Of a stretch of 64,000 nucleotides of DNA, positions 14,413-29,371 are shown piece by piece (within the stretch, counting starts at the first letter, position 1; every line of letters starts with the position of its first letter). The position numbers and the translations under genes were made by a program. The notes beneath the pieces were generated by a model. That model was not told the DNA's origin. It did no database searches and saw only the letters and a list, made by a program, of their open reading frames with translations. Source of the DNA: Chrysomallon squamiferum (taxonomy: Eukaryota > Animalia > Mollusca); assembly GCA_012295275.1 (NCBI GenBank), contig CM022671.1:1984001-2048000 (forward strand), read 5' to 3'.

Positions 14413-15720
14413 TGCTTTGTAGCTGCATTGCACTGACTATAAAACTGAATACATACTATTACATTTCGTTTTGAGATTTTTGCCTGTTGGCTTTATCTAT
14501 TCATTTTGTAATATTCATTCAAAATGTACATTTGAAAATACCGTTATGTTTTTAGCTATATTTTACATTCAGGGTCACGTAGCAGATACATTAATATGAA
14601 TAATAGTTTTTTTTAATTATAATAACAAGGTGATAAAACCCCTGCAAGAAATCACCGTCATAACCATAAATGTGCGAGGTGCCAGTGTATCTGGATTATG
14701 TTATTATGTGAACTTGTAAAACGTTCTAAAGCTCTGATATGATCCAGCGAGAAGGACAACAGACATAGGACCAGCCACCTTAAACGACGTAAACAAGCAT
14801 TACCTAACAGTACACTGGTACTGAGTACTTTGTGTTGAGTATTTTTAAAACATGGTGAAAGCCGAGTGTATGCCGGTAAAGGCATATCTTTTAGTTATGA
14901 AATGAAATGATATAAAATAACATATATAGAAATAAAATAAAATAAAATAAAATACAGATACAAAATCTTAAAAAAACTTTCTTGATCGAAAAGATCACCA
15001 TATTTTTATGTGGATTACAATGACCCGCACTGTGACGGATCTATTTTATTAATTTCATTCCTGAAAACGTTTTAACAGTCACATTTAAATGTTGTCACAG
15101 AGAAGAAAATAGGCAAGTAGCTCGTTGAGATAAAACGCACCATTATAATATGGAAATTGAGAGTTTATCAACAGACGGGTCCATTCTTTACAAAAGTTAG
15201 ACAACGACTACGTCTTCTTATTCTGAATGACTCCTCCCCACGTGGTTGACGTTGTTAACGACATCTGCAGGACAAAATGGTGCATCTGAGCAGGTGGTCA
15301 GACGTTTTCTTTTCTCCACTTCTCTTTCCAATCCACAGGATTCAACGTGTGTGCAATTTTTATAATGGATGAAAAGTGTTTACTGGTGAGAGATAATTTT
15401 TAGAATGAATCTATAGCGTGACATCTGAAAAGGAAATGAGAACAGTATGGGTGAGTGTTTGAACAGTGTGACACATTCTTTGTGAACGATTATTAGCTGG
15501 AATTGTTTGTGCAGTAATACAGTGCAAGATACTTTTTTCTTAATATGCACATTTCTGTTGAGAGAAGCACCTATAGTATGACACTTAAATTTTAAACGTG
15601 TTGTAGAGCAACTGTTGGAACGAGAAATAAGACCAGCGCACTAACCAAGAAAAACTGTTCTTTAGATCCATCATTTCTCAGAGCAACTCTGTGAACACCG
15701 AAACAGATCTGTACTCAAAT

Positions 15721-16066
<346 letters not shown>

Positions 16067-16475
16067 CTTAGACAAATTTATTTAAAAATGAAAAAAAAAT
16101 GCTTTTACTGAGCACAGCTTTGTACTTGAAACAAGATGTTGTATCAAAGATGTTGTGGTACTCCTATAACAAAGATCCTCTGTTGTTAGTTTTCATGTTT
16201 ATTTAGCGCAGTATCGGAAGCTGGTTTCCCTTTCCTGTCATCATCATGTTTGACAGAGTAACAAGTTACATTAAAATATACTGAAAGGTTATTAAAATCT
16301 TTGTTTCATTTTAGCCTGAAAACGGAACATTATATATTCATAATACAAGCTGTTCTGTATACAACCTCAAAGACATATTTTCCTTAGAAAATAGCACAGG
16401 GGCTTTGGTAGCAACAGTTTAGTTCTTGATCTAAACCCTTTATGGTTTAGTTCTTAATGATCATTATAAAAGTCT

Positions 16476-16506
<31 letters not shown>

Positions 16507-16698
16507 TTAAATATACACACACATAAACACATACAAACATACATTTACATACAAGGAATCTTTATTTTGCTTCTGTTCACATTTCATAGGATCAGCGAGG
16601 ACGGTAATCTTCAAATGTCGACTTTGTGTAATTCAAGAACCGGGGCAGTGTGTATATTAAATATAAATACAATAACGAGAACAGATATTTGAATCAGT

Positions 16699-16817
16699 CA
16701 TTTCAGACTATGAAATACACATAACTGTATTAACAACATCAGAACAATGCAAACCATTTCAGACTATGAAATACACATAACTGTATTAACAACATCAGAA
16801 CAATGCAAACCATTTCA
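16699..16817. repeat. 56-bp perfect tandem duplication
   Basis: catttcagactatgaaatacac...aatgcaaac occurs twice. Confidence 0.9.
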
Positions 16818-19800
16818 TCGGATGTGATACAAACGAACATTAACAGAACTCGTTCAGGGACAATGTGTACATTGGATACAATGTCAAAAACGTGTTTAGT
16901 TCTTTGTCGAGAGAAGATAATGCAATCACTGATGTAAGTCTAAGTTAATGTTCAAGTACGCTGTTCAAATCAGCAAATCTAAATGATATATGAAGTGAAA
17001 AATGGACAAATAAACGTCAACTGGTAGATTAAATGTAAAACTGTCAAAAAGTTATCTGTTTGGTTGTTAGTTGAATCACGCTAAACAACAAACGTCCTGA
17101 TCATCTCAGTCAAGCAGATTAATGACAGACAGACAAACCAGGTTCTGTGGACAAAGCGCAGATTAAATACAATATAAATGTTAAAGAAATGTCTTTCTTA
17201 GATCCAGGTAAATTGAAACAGTCACTTCAATACCGAATACAAGAGTGTACCATTTCAGTAAACATTAATAATTTATGACGTACATAATACAAAGAGACAA
17301 ACAGTATAATAAAAAATGTACATGTCAACACTAAAAGACTCAATTTAACTAAGACAGCTTCTTTTTAATTCTCAGTGTTTAACAGATACTTGATTCACTC
17401 ACTTGATACATTTAAATATATGATTCACTAAACAAAAATAATTTATTGCGTAAAAATATCAGGTGAGAAAGAAAGTGAAACACAAACAAGTCAATGGTCA
17501 GTGAAAATATACGAGATTTTTAATTTTTTTACATTTTTTAATTTTTGAAGAGATTGTGATACTGTACATAATTACTATCAGATTTAAACGAAATAATTTA
17601 TAATCTAAAAAAAAGAAGACAAAAATACATCAAATAACAACAAAAACGATACACAATTCCTGCTTACATTATTTACTGCATCCATTAAATAAATCTCAGT
17701 CAACGTAAATTCTAGTGATTTATAACCAATATTATACAGCTGGATAAATAAATAACAACAACAACAACAATAAAATAAAATAAATAAAAAAAGAAAAGAA
17801 AGAAAGATAAAAAGAAGGAAGGCAGTTTATCCATACCATTATCAATTTAATTACATCAGAAAGTTTCTTTTTATACAAATTTACTTGTCATCTCTATCAA
17901 CCTAAATACTACTAATTTGCGACCTACATGACAAAAACGGACGAACAAGGCCAACAACAGATGTAGTTCATCTAACAAGTCAAAAATCTATCGTTTCAAT
18001 TTTTAACAGTGGACAGGTTTTTCTAGTCGAGGAAGCTAAATTTGTGAAAAAACCAGCTACTCCAAGCTAAAGACAAACTCGCCAGGAACGTCCCTACCTC
18101 GCAAGATAAAGATCTAAGAAACATTCTTCTGATACATTCGTTCTCTCAGAATGAGTAACACCAGAGGGCGTGTCGCAGTGTGATAATACTAATGTCTTTC
18201 TGCTCTTACTAATGCTATTTCAAAAATGCCAGAGCATGACATCACGTGACTCCAACGATTCCAGTGGGACTCCAGATACCTTTTTTTTTATGACGAGATG
18301 TTTATTTTTCTTTTCTTTATAAAGAAAATCATTTCTCATTAAAACGATTTTTCATAATAGTAATGCGCTTTCTTGTTTGAATCAACGGATTCACCACTTT
18401 ATTGGGAAAGATAATTAAATTATGAGTATTCGGTAGAAAGTAACATCAACATGTTACTAAGCTAGTGAAACATATTTATGTGGTTATTGTGCTGTTACTT
18501 CATTTCTTCAACGTACACTGAGATAATGAAATAATATGTGCAGACGTGTGGCATTTCTTGCTTAAAATATGGTCGAATGTTAACAATGTTGCCAAAAAAT
18601 ATAAAGAGAATGCAGCACTGTAAATAATAATAATAATAAGAAGAAGAAGAACAAGAAGAAGAACAAAAAAGAAGAAGAAAAACAAAGAAAAATAAGAACA
18701 ACAAAAAAGAAGAAGAAGAAAAAGGACGAGAAGTTAATGAATCATTTTTTTTTATCATTCAAAACAAAAATAATAAAAAAATAAAAAACTTAAATCAGAT
18801 ATTTTAGTCACATTTCTACAGTTCAGTTATAAGATTCTTATAAATTATGTGACTGATTTTGCAACAAATAAACAAATACAGAGCAGCGCTTCTGCGACGC
18901 GCCTTCAATATAAACAAAACAAAACAAAACAAAGTAAAAGAACTTGGAGAAATGTGCCGCCCACTCAGTGCAGTTTCGATGTTTTTCTCAAGCTGCAGCC
19001 AGTCGCGATAACAAACGTCACAACTGGTTTATTTTAAATTAGAGATTTCATTCCGTCACGACAGCCACTTCGTCAACTAATGATGCTGCGGGAGCTGACG
19101 TTTTCAAAGTCGCCGCTCTCTGTGACACCGCTGCCAGTGACGACGTAATCACGTCTGTAACCGTTTGTCGACGTACTGCTGTCTGAAACCGACGTTCACG
19201 TCAGGTAACTCTATATCCACACAGCTGATCTGTGCAACCTGCCATACAGGTCAGAGTTTTTAAAGATAATCTTATAACCTAAGTTCCGAGTTATTGATTA
19301 CGTCTTTGTCAATCTTTTTTTTTTTTTTTAATGGCTGCGCTGTATGACGATCTGATTTGGATCAGGGTACGTGTGACGTGGTGTTACAGGAACAGTTCAG
19401 AACAGTCGCAGTTTGTGCAGTGAAGACGGCTGAGAAGTAGACGTGGTGAATGTATCACTGTGGCTGTTTTCTAATCGTTAGGGGCTTTAAGAAACAGGCA
19501 GCCAGTTTATGTCTTATTTTCTTCGTGACGTATTTCAGTGTGAGTAAACATTGGTAATCTGTTACAAACAAAACTTTCAAAGTGAATAAAAAAAACATCA
19601 TTTTCTGAACTAAAGTAAATTCTTTTTTTTTTTACATTAAAATTTAACTTATCACACACACACACACACACAAAACACCCACCCCCCAAGAAAAAACACA
19701 ACCTTTTAAATTAACAATAATATCGGCTTAATCTAAAGAAAATACAAAGGCTCAGTAAAGCATGTCTATTTCACAATGAAACGTCAAACCTACCTTCAGA

Positions 19801-20651
19801 AGTGACGGAATATCTGCCTTTGTGCACGTACACAGGACTGATTGTTCAGTGTCAGACTTTGATAAAAATGACACAATCATCTTTATAAGTAAGAAACAAA
19901 ACAATACAAAAACAATATCTTTGTTGTCGTTAGGGATCAGTTCGTTAGTTTTATGAAATCAAGTTCTAAATGCATTATACAGATCTGAGATCTGTCTTAG
20001 AAAAAACACATACACCCACACACCCACCCACACACAAACACACACCCACACACACACACACACACACATTATATACAGACAAGAGCTATTGGTAATTGTA
20101 TAATACTGTATTAGAAACCTTTCAATATTGAATTATACATTCTCAGTAGCTAAACTGTAGTGAAATATTTTACAAGATGCTTGATCAGTTTCTTAGTGTT
20201 ATTTATAAAAACGTCCTCATAATTATACTTCCATCTATATCACGATGCTGGGTAGAACAAGACACATTTGATGACATGCATAACTTTCATGCTTAATGAA
20301 AAATGAAACAGTTATAAAATAACCGGAAGGAATAAAGAAAATAAGACGACTACAAAATTAACTGTGTAAATGAAAATTGACTAATAGTACTGCAGGAATT
20401 CATCTAAAAGGTATGATATTGCAGCCATGCTGTTGACCTCAGTTTATTTACTGTCCTTGACCTCGTTAGCGTTCTTCTGGCACATGACCTACGTGTACTG
20501 GGATGCGATATCATAATCTGAGAGTAAGATTTGGAAAATATTTAAAATGATTTCATATCAAAAAGTGACGACTTTCGTCTTAGTTTCAGCATTGCTCATA
20601 AATTATATCATTAAAGCGATACAATCCTATAAAGTAGGCTTGTTGATATAG

Positions 20652-20719
<68 letters not shown>

Positions 20720-22312
20720 ATATGATACATTCTTGATATGTCAGTTATCAGTGCGATGTGGCAGAAGAACGCAACTACAGTTTCCTATTCTCAAAACTGA
20801 AAGCGCTTAATAAAGGGGATTTAATTAACCGAAATGTAAGCCACCCAGAAGGCGGGGACATCTGTCTAAAAGCGACTGTCAATCAGCTGTCAATCACTTA
20901 CATATATCATCTGACCATTCGGGTTCCAAGTCTGGGTCATCATAATCATCCACTGTCCAAGCAAATTTGCATAATGTGATAATGTATATAACAAAAACTT
21001 ATAACACATCTGAATACAGATTACGAATTTATTATTGTTTTATTGCTTACCACAGAATATTTTTCTTATCTTTACAGTAATGTGGTGTTTTAAGATGAAT
21101 AACCGATGTTTTTATTTTTTAAGTAATGAAAAAAGAATAAGATATAATCCATATACATTCATTAAAACACAGTACTTTTGCTGGTTCAATACAGTTACAC
21201 AGACTCATTAAAACAGAAAGTTTGATTGTGTGTAAGCATCGTAACTGTTCATACTTGTTTCAAAAATATCGGTGCATTCAAAGACTTGTTATCTTAACTT
21301 AGAGTTTTTGAAAAAACAGCACAGGACTAATAGTTATTGTGTTAAATACCCAATACTAAATTACTTTGTATTAGATTCCTTTTCATATTTGTAACAGTTT
21401 ATATGATGTTCTACCATTTAGAAGTATATTGACAATTAACCTGTGTATTAAAACGTATTTAACATATCAATGTTTTTTATAAAAAATTCGTTCCTGTTTG
21501 TGTAATTTCTAATCATCATAATTTATTTTCAAGTAATAATAATAATAATAATAATAATAAAGAAAAGAATCATAAGTTATAACTTACGGTTAGTTTATGC
21601 ACAGTACAACATTATGCTTCTTAATCTTTTTTTATCAACTTCATTTCGTTTTATTCCTCTTAACGAAACTATTATTACTGTTATATACCCTAGCTTTGAA
21701 AAACAAGCAACAGTTTAACACCGAGTGTTGAAATAATTTCATTTCTGTTTATGTCTTGGTGAAAAATGAAAGGGACATTTACATGCATTTTAAGAGCAGT
21801 AAATCACAGATCTGAGCATTAATAAATGTTAGTGTCTGCGAAAAAAAACCAGGCGATAAATTTTAACTGGTTTTTCCTAAAGCTTTAAAATTTACGACTG
21901 TTTACTTACAAGAGAAAGGTCGAATGTGGATAGATTTTTATAATCTCTGTTGTTTGTCTTTCTAGATTTTTATAACTTTTTTTTTTTTTGTACTGCTCTT
22001 CTTACATTATGACCTCAGTAATGTATGTTTTATTGTGCGGAAAAGGTGAACGGCAGTAACTTGAACAGCTCGTTCTACGGCTTTCAGTATTGCACATACT
22101 TAAAATTCATCAGTAAACTGAAACACGCAGTTTCATCATCGACAAATATTCATATTTAAATCAATATTCTGTGCTTTACTGCATTTCGGAATCACCGTTC
22201 GTGCAATCGTTGATTTAATTTGTAGGCGTATGTTGTACGAATGAAATATTAATACCATAACTAAAATAAAACATTATTTTACTGTAATTTTAATGATCAT
22301 AAACAATCTGGA

Positions 22313-22356
<44 letters not shown>

Positions 22357-22751
22357 CAATTTAAAAGGTCTTAGTTTAGATATTAATGAATATAATGAAC
22401 ATATTTATAACAATGTTTTAGATAAAAACAGAATCTGAAAAAATTAAATATCAGCAATCTAATTTATACTAAAATTTATCCTAAAATAAAACCTGAAAGA
22501 GTATAATAATAATAATAATAATAATAGTGATGATGATTATAATGTTAATAATAATAATGTTGATTATTTTTATTATGATGATGATAATGATTTTAATGAT
22601 AAAGGTAATTTTCATAATAATAATATAATAATAATGATAATGATGATAATAATAATAATAATGATACTACTACTAATAGAGATAATGATGATAATAATAA
22701 TGATAATTATAACGATTATGATGATGATGATGATAATGATGACAATCTTAC

Positions 22752-22836
22752 CTGCGTCGTCATGGTATGCTCTGTACTCGTCTTTCTGATAATATCTCCG
22801 AGGGTAATAATATTGTGCACCTGTGTCATGTGTCAC
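22752..22836 (-). CDS. Triple-VWA protein exon 2 (VTHDTGA|QYYYPRRYYQKDEYRAYHDDA)
   Basis: ttttaattacAG acceptor and G|GTAAG donor; 85 nt, phase 0->1. Completes the signal peptide (TGA-Q cleavage site) and joins in phase to the VWA1 exon. Confidence 0.75.
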
Positions 22837-23840
22837 CTGTAATTAAAAATAACGATTAATCCAACCTGAGATTTAATTCACACTCTGTTTAGTGTATGTC
22901 AGTGTTACTTAACGGTGTAAACTGTTTGCTGTGATAACGTGAGGCGTGAAGGACCATGCATCTAAGTGAGTTTGTTTTTACCATTCAGACCACTGCTCTT
23001 ATCCTGTTTTATAAAAGTTCATGGTATGTTGTTTCTGATCTGTGGGGAAAAACTATATAACAGATTCAGTGAGTCAACAGAACGGTATTGTATGCGGGTT
23101 TCTTCTCTGTCAGTTTCGTTACAAGTGAAATGTATTATTATGACCTCTGATAACAGCTAAAATAAAATGGCTTGTGTTTTTGTTAAACTTTCATTCCATT
23201 CAGCACCTTTAATTCCGTACACACCTCCCAAGCTGTTGTTTATATACACTAGTATTTATTTATAACTAAGATTACAAAGTTGTCTGAACTGTGTTTTATA
23301 TTTGATCCCGTAATACTTGTAACAAAATGTATTTCACTTAAATTACGAGTCATGTTTATAATAAACGATATGTATAATAAAAAAAAATGGGAAAATTGAT
23401 AAAACCGTGTCAGACTTCAGTTTCGTTCTGTTTGTAATAACATAATTTCATCATACGTCTGTTTTTTTTATTATTAATAAAAACACCAACCCAATCATTT
23501 TGATTGCAGCATACATTACACGAATTATGGAATCTTTCATATAGAAGGTGAAATATTTTATGCGTGTATCTGAAGTTACATAATTACTTAGTGTAGTCGG
23601 AAAGTTGATATGTAAATGTGAGAGAAAAGAGCAGCAGCTTGATACTTTATAAATTACCTTAACAAAACACGAAAGTCTAATCTTTCTTTGCTAATTTCTG
23701 CAGGCCAAATGAATATGAACATTATTTAATCTTACTTCTCAACGGACATAAAAGACTTTTGTTAAACGAAAACACCTGCAGATAATATATGATTATATGT
23801 CATCGAGGGTTATAGCATAAAATTATAATGAATGAAATAG

Positions 23841-23972
<132 letters not shown>

Positions 23973-24281
23973 TAACGTATAGAGCTGAGAGATTTCGTTA
24001 TACAAAAGGCCACTGATATCTAACAAGGGTCAGTAATTTAACATTCATTAATTTGTCCATTCATACAAAACATTTGGTTATTCATCCCTATTTTTTTTAT
24101 TATTATTATTATTATTTTTTTTTTTTTTTTTTTTGCAGTATATTTTATTTTGTAGAAAACCAATCCAAAGGATTATGATAGGAATCGGTTCTAGGTTCTG
24201 TGTGAAGGTTTAAAAACAAGGTTAAACATCAAGACACTAATCTGGACCCCTGCAATCATGTATCATTTGTGAGCAACCTAT

Positions 24282-24466
<185 letters not shown>

Positions 24467-24636
24467 ACCTACATCCCGTTTCTACCTTTGGTCTGTGTTA
24501 TTTATTCAAAGCCTGACATGTTTGGGAACATCTCCCATACATAAAACAACTACACAGGGTTTCTCCTGACACAGCGAAAACGAAACTCTGAGGATTTGCT
24601 ATTTCGGAAAAAAACACCAAAAAACAAACAAACAAA

Positions 24637-24676
<40 letters not shown>

Positions 24677-25110
24677 GAGAAAATCTTCGGTCGGCGAATA
24701 TTAAAAACTAGTGCTTTCTCTTCTGTGTTCTTCCATTAGTTTCACTTTGAATCCTCAATGTGCTTAAAGTTTAGAAAAACAAAACATATTAAATCATTTA
24801 TCATTGTGAATGAACAGAAAGATAACGAAGAGTTTACAAATCTGAGCTTTCCATAGACGTTATATGACATAATATTTTACTGAGCACGACCCAGAACTAA
24901 ATAAAACAGACACATTTATTAAAATATAACAGACACATTTATGTCGGTTTAGAATAACGGGATTTCAGTCTGTTACCGCTATGGGTAAACATTTTGGCAC
25001 AGGTATTCATTTATTTTATTTACTGCGAATTTAAAAGAATTTCGGCACTGGCACAGTTCTTGATTCTCCGGAAATCTGAATATAATTTAATTATAAATAG
25101 TGTAGCAGCC

Positions 25111-25178
<68 letters not shown>

Positions 25179-26030
25179 AATAAAATAAAATAAAATAAAA
25201 CTCATATGGATTTTCTTGTATATATTTTCTTTAGTAAAAACAGAATGATAATACATCTGTTGAATTAGATTGCAAAATGAGAGGTGAGAACCAGAACTTT
25301 CTCTTTGTCTCTGGTTTGATAGGTCGATCGATCAATCCTCCTCACAAGATTTGTAGGACTAAATCAAGCGTAATTCGGAAGCAGAGAACTTGTTACAACA
25401 GCCATGATAAGTATGCGCTTTTCTAACGGGAAGTGGTGAAGATACTTTGTTTATTTGTGGTAAATTATGGCGCATTTACTCTTCATGACATATGTTAGAA
25501 ACAACAAATATTTAATACGCAATTGCTAAAACAGAAAATGAATCAGTAGCAAACTTTTTCATATACTTCAAAGCGCTTATATTTGAAAATAACTTTATAG
25601 AGTTTGTCAGTTTGATAGAATTACCATTCGGTGATAAGCAAAACAGCAGATAAGCAGAACATACAAATAAACAATCAGATTTGTCAGTTACGTTCATCAT
25701 GCTGAACTGTGTGTGAAGGAAATAATCACAGCACATAATACAGGAAAAATGATGAATTAGAAGAAATGAGAAACAAAGTGGAAATGTAAACAAAAAGAAA
25801 ATATAAACATGCAAGAGACAAGAAATAAAATATGAGTAATTTTGGAATGCTTTATATAAGAATTTAATAATAAATGTAATAATCGTTATAGTAATAGTTG
25901 AAGTAAAGGTAACAGTAGTAGTAACATTAGTAATAGTAGCTGCAGTAGCAGTAGTAGTACTAAGTAGAGGTAGTTATTAAATGAAATACAAATACAGTTA
26001 TATGTAGTTGTAAAGGAAATTAAGAAGTTA

Positions 26031-26077
<47 letters not shown>

Positions 26078-29000
26078 AATTGTTTTATCTAAAGATTTAA
26101 CAAGGTAACAGAATTTTATCTTTGATATAAATAATAAAAAGGTACACCTATTATTTAAAAGCGGATACTAACTAAAGACTGCCTTAAAAGATTATTAATA
26201 ATATAATTTAATTATTCGTTCTGTTTTCAGTATAAATAAATAATAAGTGTAGATATAGTTAAAATCCAACAACATTTTGAAAACATCTAAAGGTGTAATA
26301 CAAGGTCGAATACGGCGAATAGAGCGGAGTTCTGCACTTCAACAGGGGAAGTAACGTGTTGCCTTGGCGAACGCTGAATAGACGTGAATGTGTGAAATGC
26401 AAAGTTGTTAGAATGTTGTAAAACACACGTGGGGAACAGGGAGGGTGAGACAGACTGTTTGGTTATTCTCAGTGAAATTTAAATATAGCGAAAAGCGGCA
26501 AAGTATTTTTACTGCAATGAAGAAAAATGTCAAGTGTGGCAGTTTGCAGATTCACAGTCTGTAAATGTTTTGAACACTAGAAGAAAACAACTGCTGTCTT
26601 GTATTCAAATATCTATTTCGAAAATGTAAAATATAACAGTTTTGGTGTAGCTTCCAAGTAGAAATGCTTAACTGTTTGATATGATAATTATATATCTTTA
26701 TAAGTTGTCTTTTTGTTAAAAACTCATATTTTATTGTATTTTTGAACTGTGTTTAGTATCCAGTAATATAACAGGCAATATATTTCTTATCTATTGTTTT
26801 TTCTCACTTTTTATACACTACTTATATATTACTGGTTAGAACGAGAAATCAGCCAATATTTTTCAGGCGTACCTCAATTTACAGAGTTACAGCTCCTGTT
26901 TCATGTACAAAAATATTGTGTACATGAATTTATCTGATTAGATAAAATGCATAATTTCTGGTCTGTATTATTTGTTTGTTAAACTTCATGGTTTTTTTGC
27001 ACAGACAGTCAAACACTAAATTATAAGAATGATATAAGCTTTATGCCAAGTTCATTTATATTTGTGAACAAACCTTCTCAGATAACCGGATCTAATTGCA
27101 GGATAGTTAGCATCTCTTTTAAGTCAAATTTAGAGAAAAGAAAAGAATGCGGATCATTTTTCTGCTCCTAAACATTTTCACACGCGTGAAATTTTAAATA
27201 ACTATCATACTGCTTTGAAATATGATTTAATAACGTGTTTACCGCAAAACGCTTGAAGGAAAGGAAACTAGTTTATGATGTTTTCTAATTATTTTTGGTG
27301 GTCATGCCTCATTAGATTTTTATTATTTTATTTTTTTAAAATATATTAGGAGAGACATAAAAACTAAATTTAATCATCCAAATAATGTCTGATGCAATTT
27401 ATTCAGTACAGATGTAGTTGTAATATAATATACACTTGAAAATGAAAAAACTAAACATATTATTTTCAGACTGTGTATATAATAATATATTCTTTTTGGA
27501 GAATTCATTAATAATTTTTTAAAAAAGTCAGTAAACTAAAAAAAAAAAAAAGAATAAAACACATTAATAAATAATGATACAGAAAACAGTAAGAACAAAT
27601 AAAAGCAATGCGTGTGAGTGTGTGCGTGTGTTTGTAATAATTATATAAAGAGGAACGTGTGCACCAAAGAAAAGATAACTGTTTTTTTCTTATTTATACA
27701 CGAGCCCACGCGAAATTTTAAATATCTTACTAGCAAGTATAAGAACACGTCTTTCCTTTCTTTGATATAAATACCAGTAACAATAAAGTAAATACCAGCC
27801 CACACACTCGGCTCTTCAGTGAAGCTGTATGCATCTTTACACATCATACACACGGTGCAGGTTCACAAAATAACGTTAATTGATCACAAAACCATTCGAC
27901 GGTTATAACTAAATCTGCGAATAGCATGTCTTTAGTTATTATTGTGTCTTTATTTCTCAAGAACAGTAAAAACAAAAGGTGGAAAACATTTACATTACTT
28001 TGAGGAAACTGCGTCTTAGCTTTAGAAAGTAAAGATGAGATATCTGTAGTGCAGTAGAAACATTATTAGTCTGTGTAATTTGAAAGAGATTAATTTATAG
28101 TAGCTAATAGAGCTTTGTCCAAATGTAAATTAAACCACACTAATTTCCAAAACATTATCTAAATTTCGGCCAAGTTATATGTAAATATTTACCCCAAATG
28201 TATCTGAGCAGCCTTTAACCTAGTCGCCAATACGTAAGTAAGGAAACCTATTAGGAACAAGGCATGATTTATTTAACTTTCGACTGAACATGAATAAACC
28301 CACCATACAGTAATATCAACTATGAAAAACACGTTGTGTAATGGTTCAATGGAATATAGGTGACCAAGGAAGAGAAATATTAAATAGGGTTCTAACATTG
28401 TCAACATTATCACTACCACCAAGATTATCTCCAACTACTGATCATTATTATCGTCATGTACATCACTAACATATCATCATCATAATCATCATCATCATCA
28501 TCATCATAATCATCTTCGTTATCATTGCAAGTTGGCTTGGATCCAGAATTTACGAAACTGCCAACGGCAAACACGTGTAACACAGACGGTCACTATTTCG
28601 GTAAATTGTTCACAAAGACCTGCATTTCTCTTTTCAAAAGGAAAACTGGATTCTGACAAGGGTTACTTGTTGAAATAACGAAGCCATACGTTTACTAAAT
28701 AATTCAAAGTTTGCTTTGACCTTGAAGACACTTTAAACAGTGAAATACCACACGATGTTCATCAACACTTCAGGATTTGCACGCAAGTTGTTCACAATAG
28801 CCGAGTGAAGTGGATCGACTGAGCGCTAATTAACACGGCGGAGAGAGCTGGCCTCTTCACCCACTCGCAGTTTTCTTCAGCGTCCACGTCATTCAACAGT
28901 TATATGCCGGTTAACAAAACTGCTATACATTCACTTTGTGAATCAACACTAATTGGGCATTAGACTACCTGTACTAAGTCCGCATGAACGAGTACGTTAT

Positions 29001-29263
29001 TCACAGAAACCGGGTTTGTTGAACTTTCCCTTCTGGTTTGATGGATAAAAGAAAGAAGTGTAATGCGCGCGATGGTGTCCGATTGCAAAACCAAATGTTT
29101 TGTTTGGTTTAGGGGGATCATAATGTAGATCTCTGTGGATACTAGCCTCTCGGTCAGTCATTTGTTACCTGTTTTCCAGTGCTATCAGCATACCTGTGTC
29201 CGTATCCATTATCTAGTTCTCTGTCCGTCTTTTCTTCTGACTGTCTGAATGACTCTACCTATG

Positions 29264-29371
<108 letters not shown>

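Noticed and set aside
13835-14474. ORFs of 197 aa and 195 aa on opposite strands
   Set aside because: Both come from a stop-free 36-bp intronic minisatellite, and no splice signals were found linking them to the VWA gene.
15200-15440. Strong minus-strand acceptor near 15425 as an extra VWA-gene exon
   Set aside because: The required phase-1 frame reaches a TAG within four codons.
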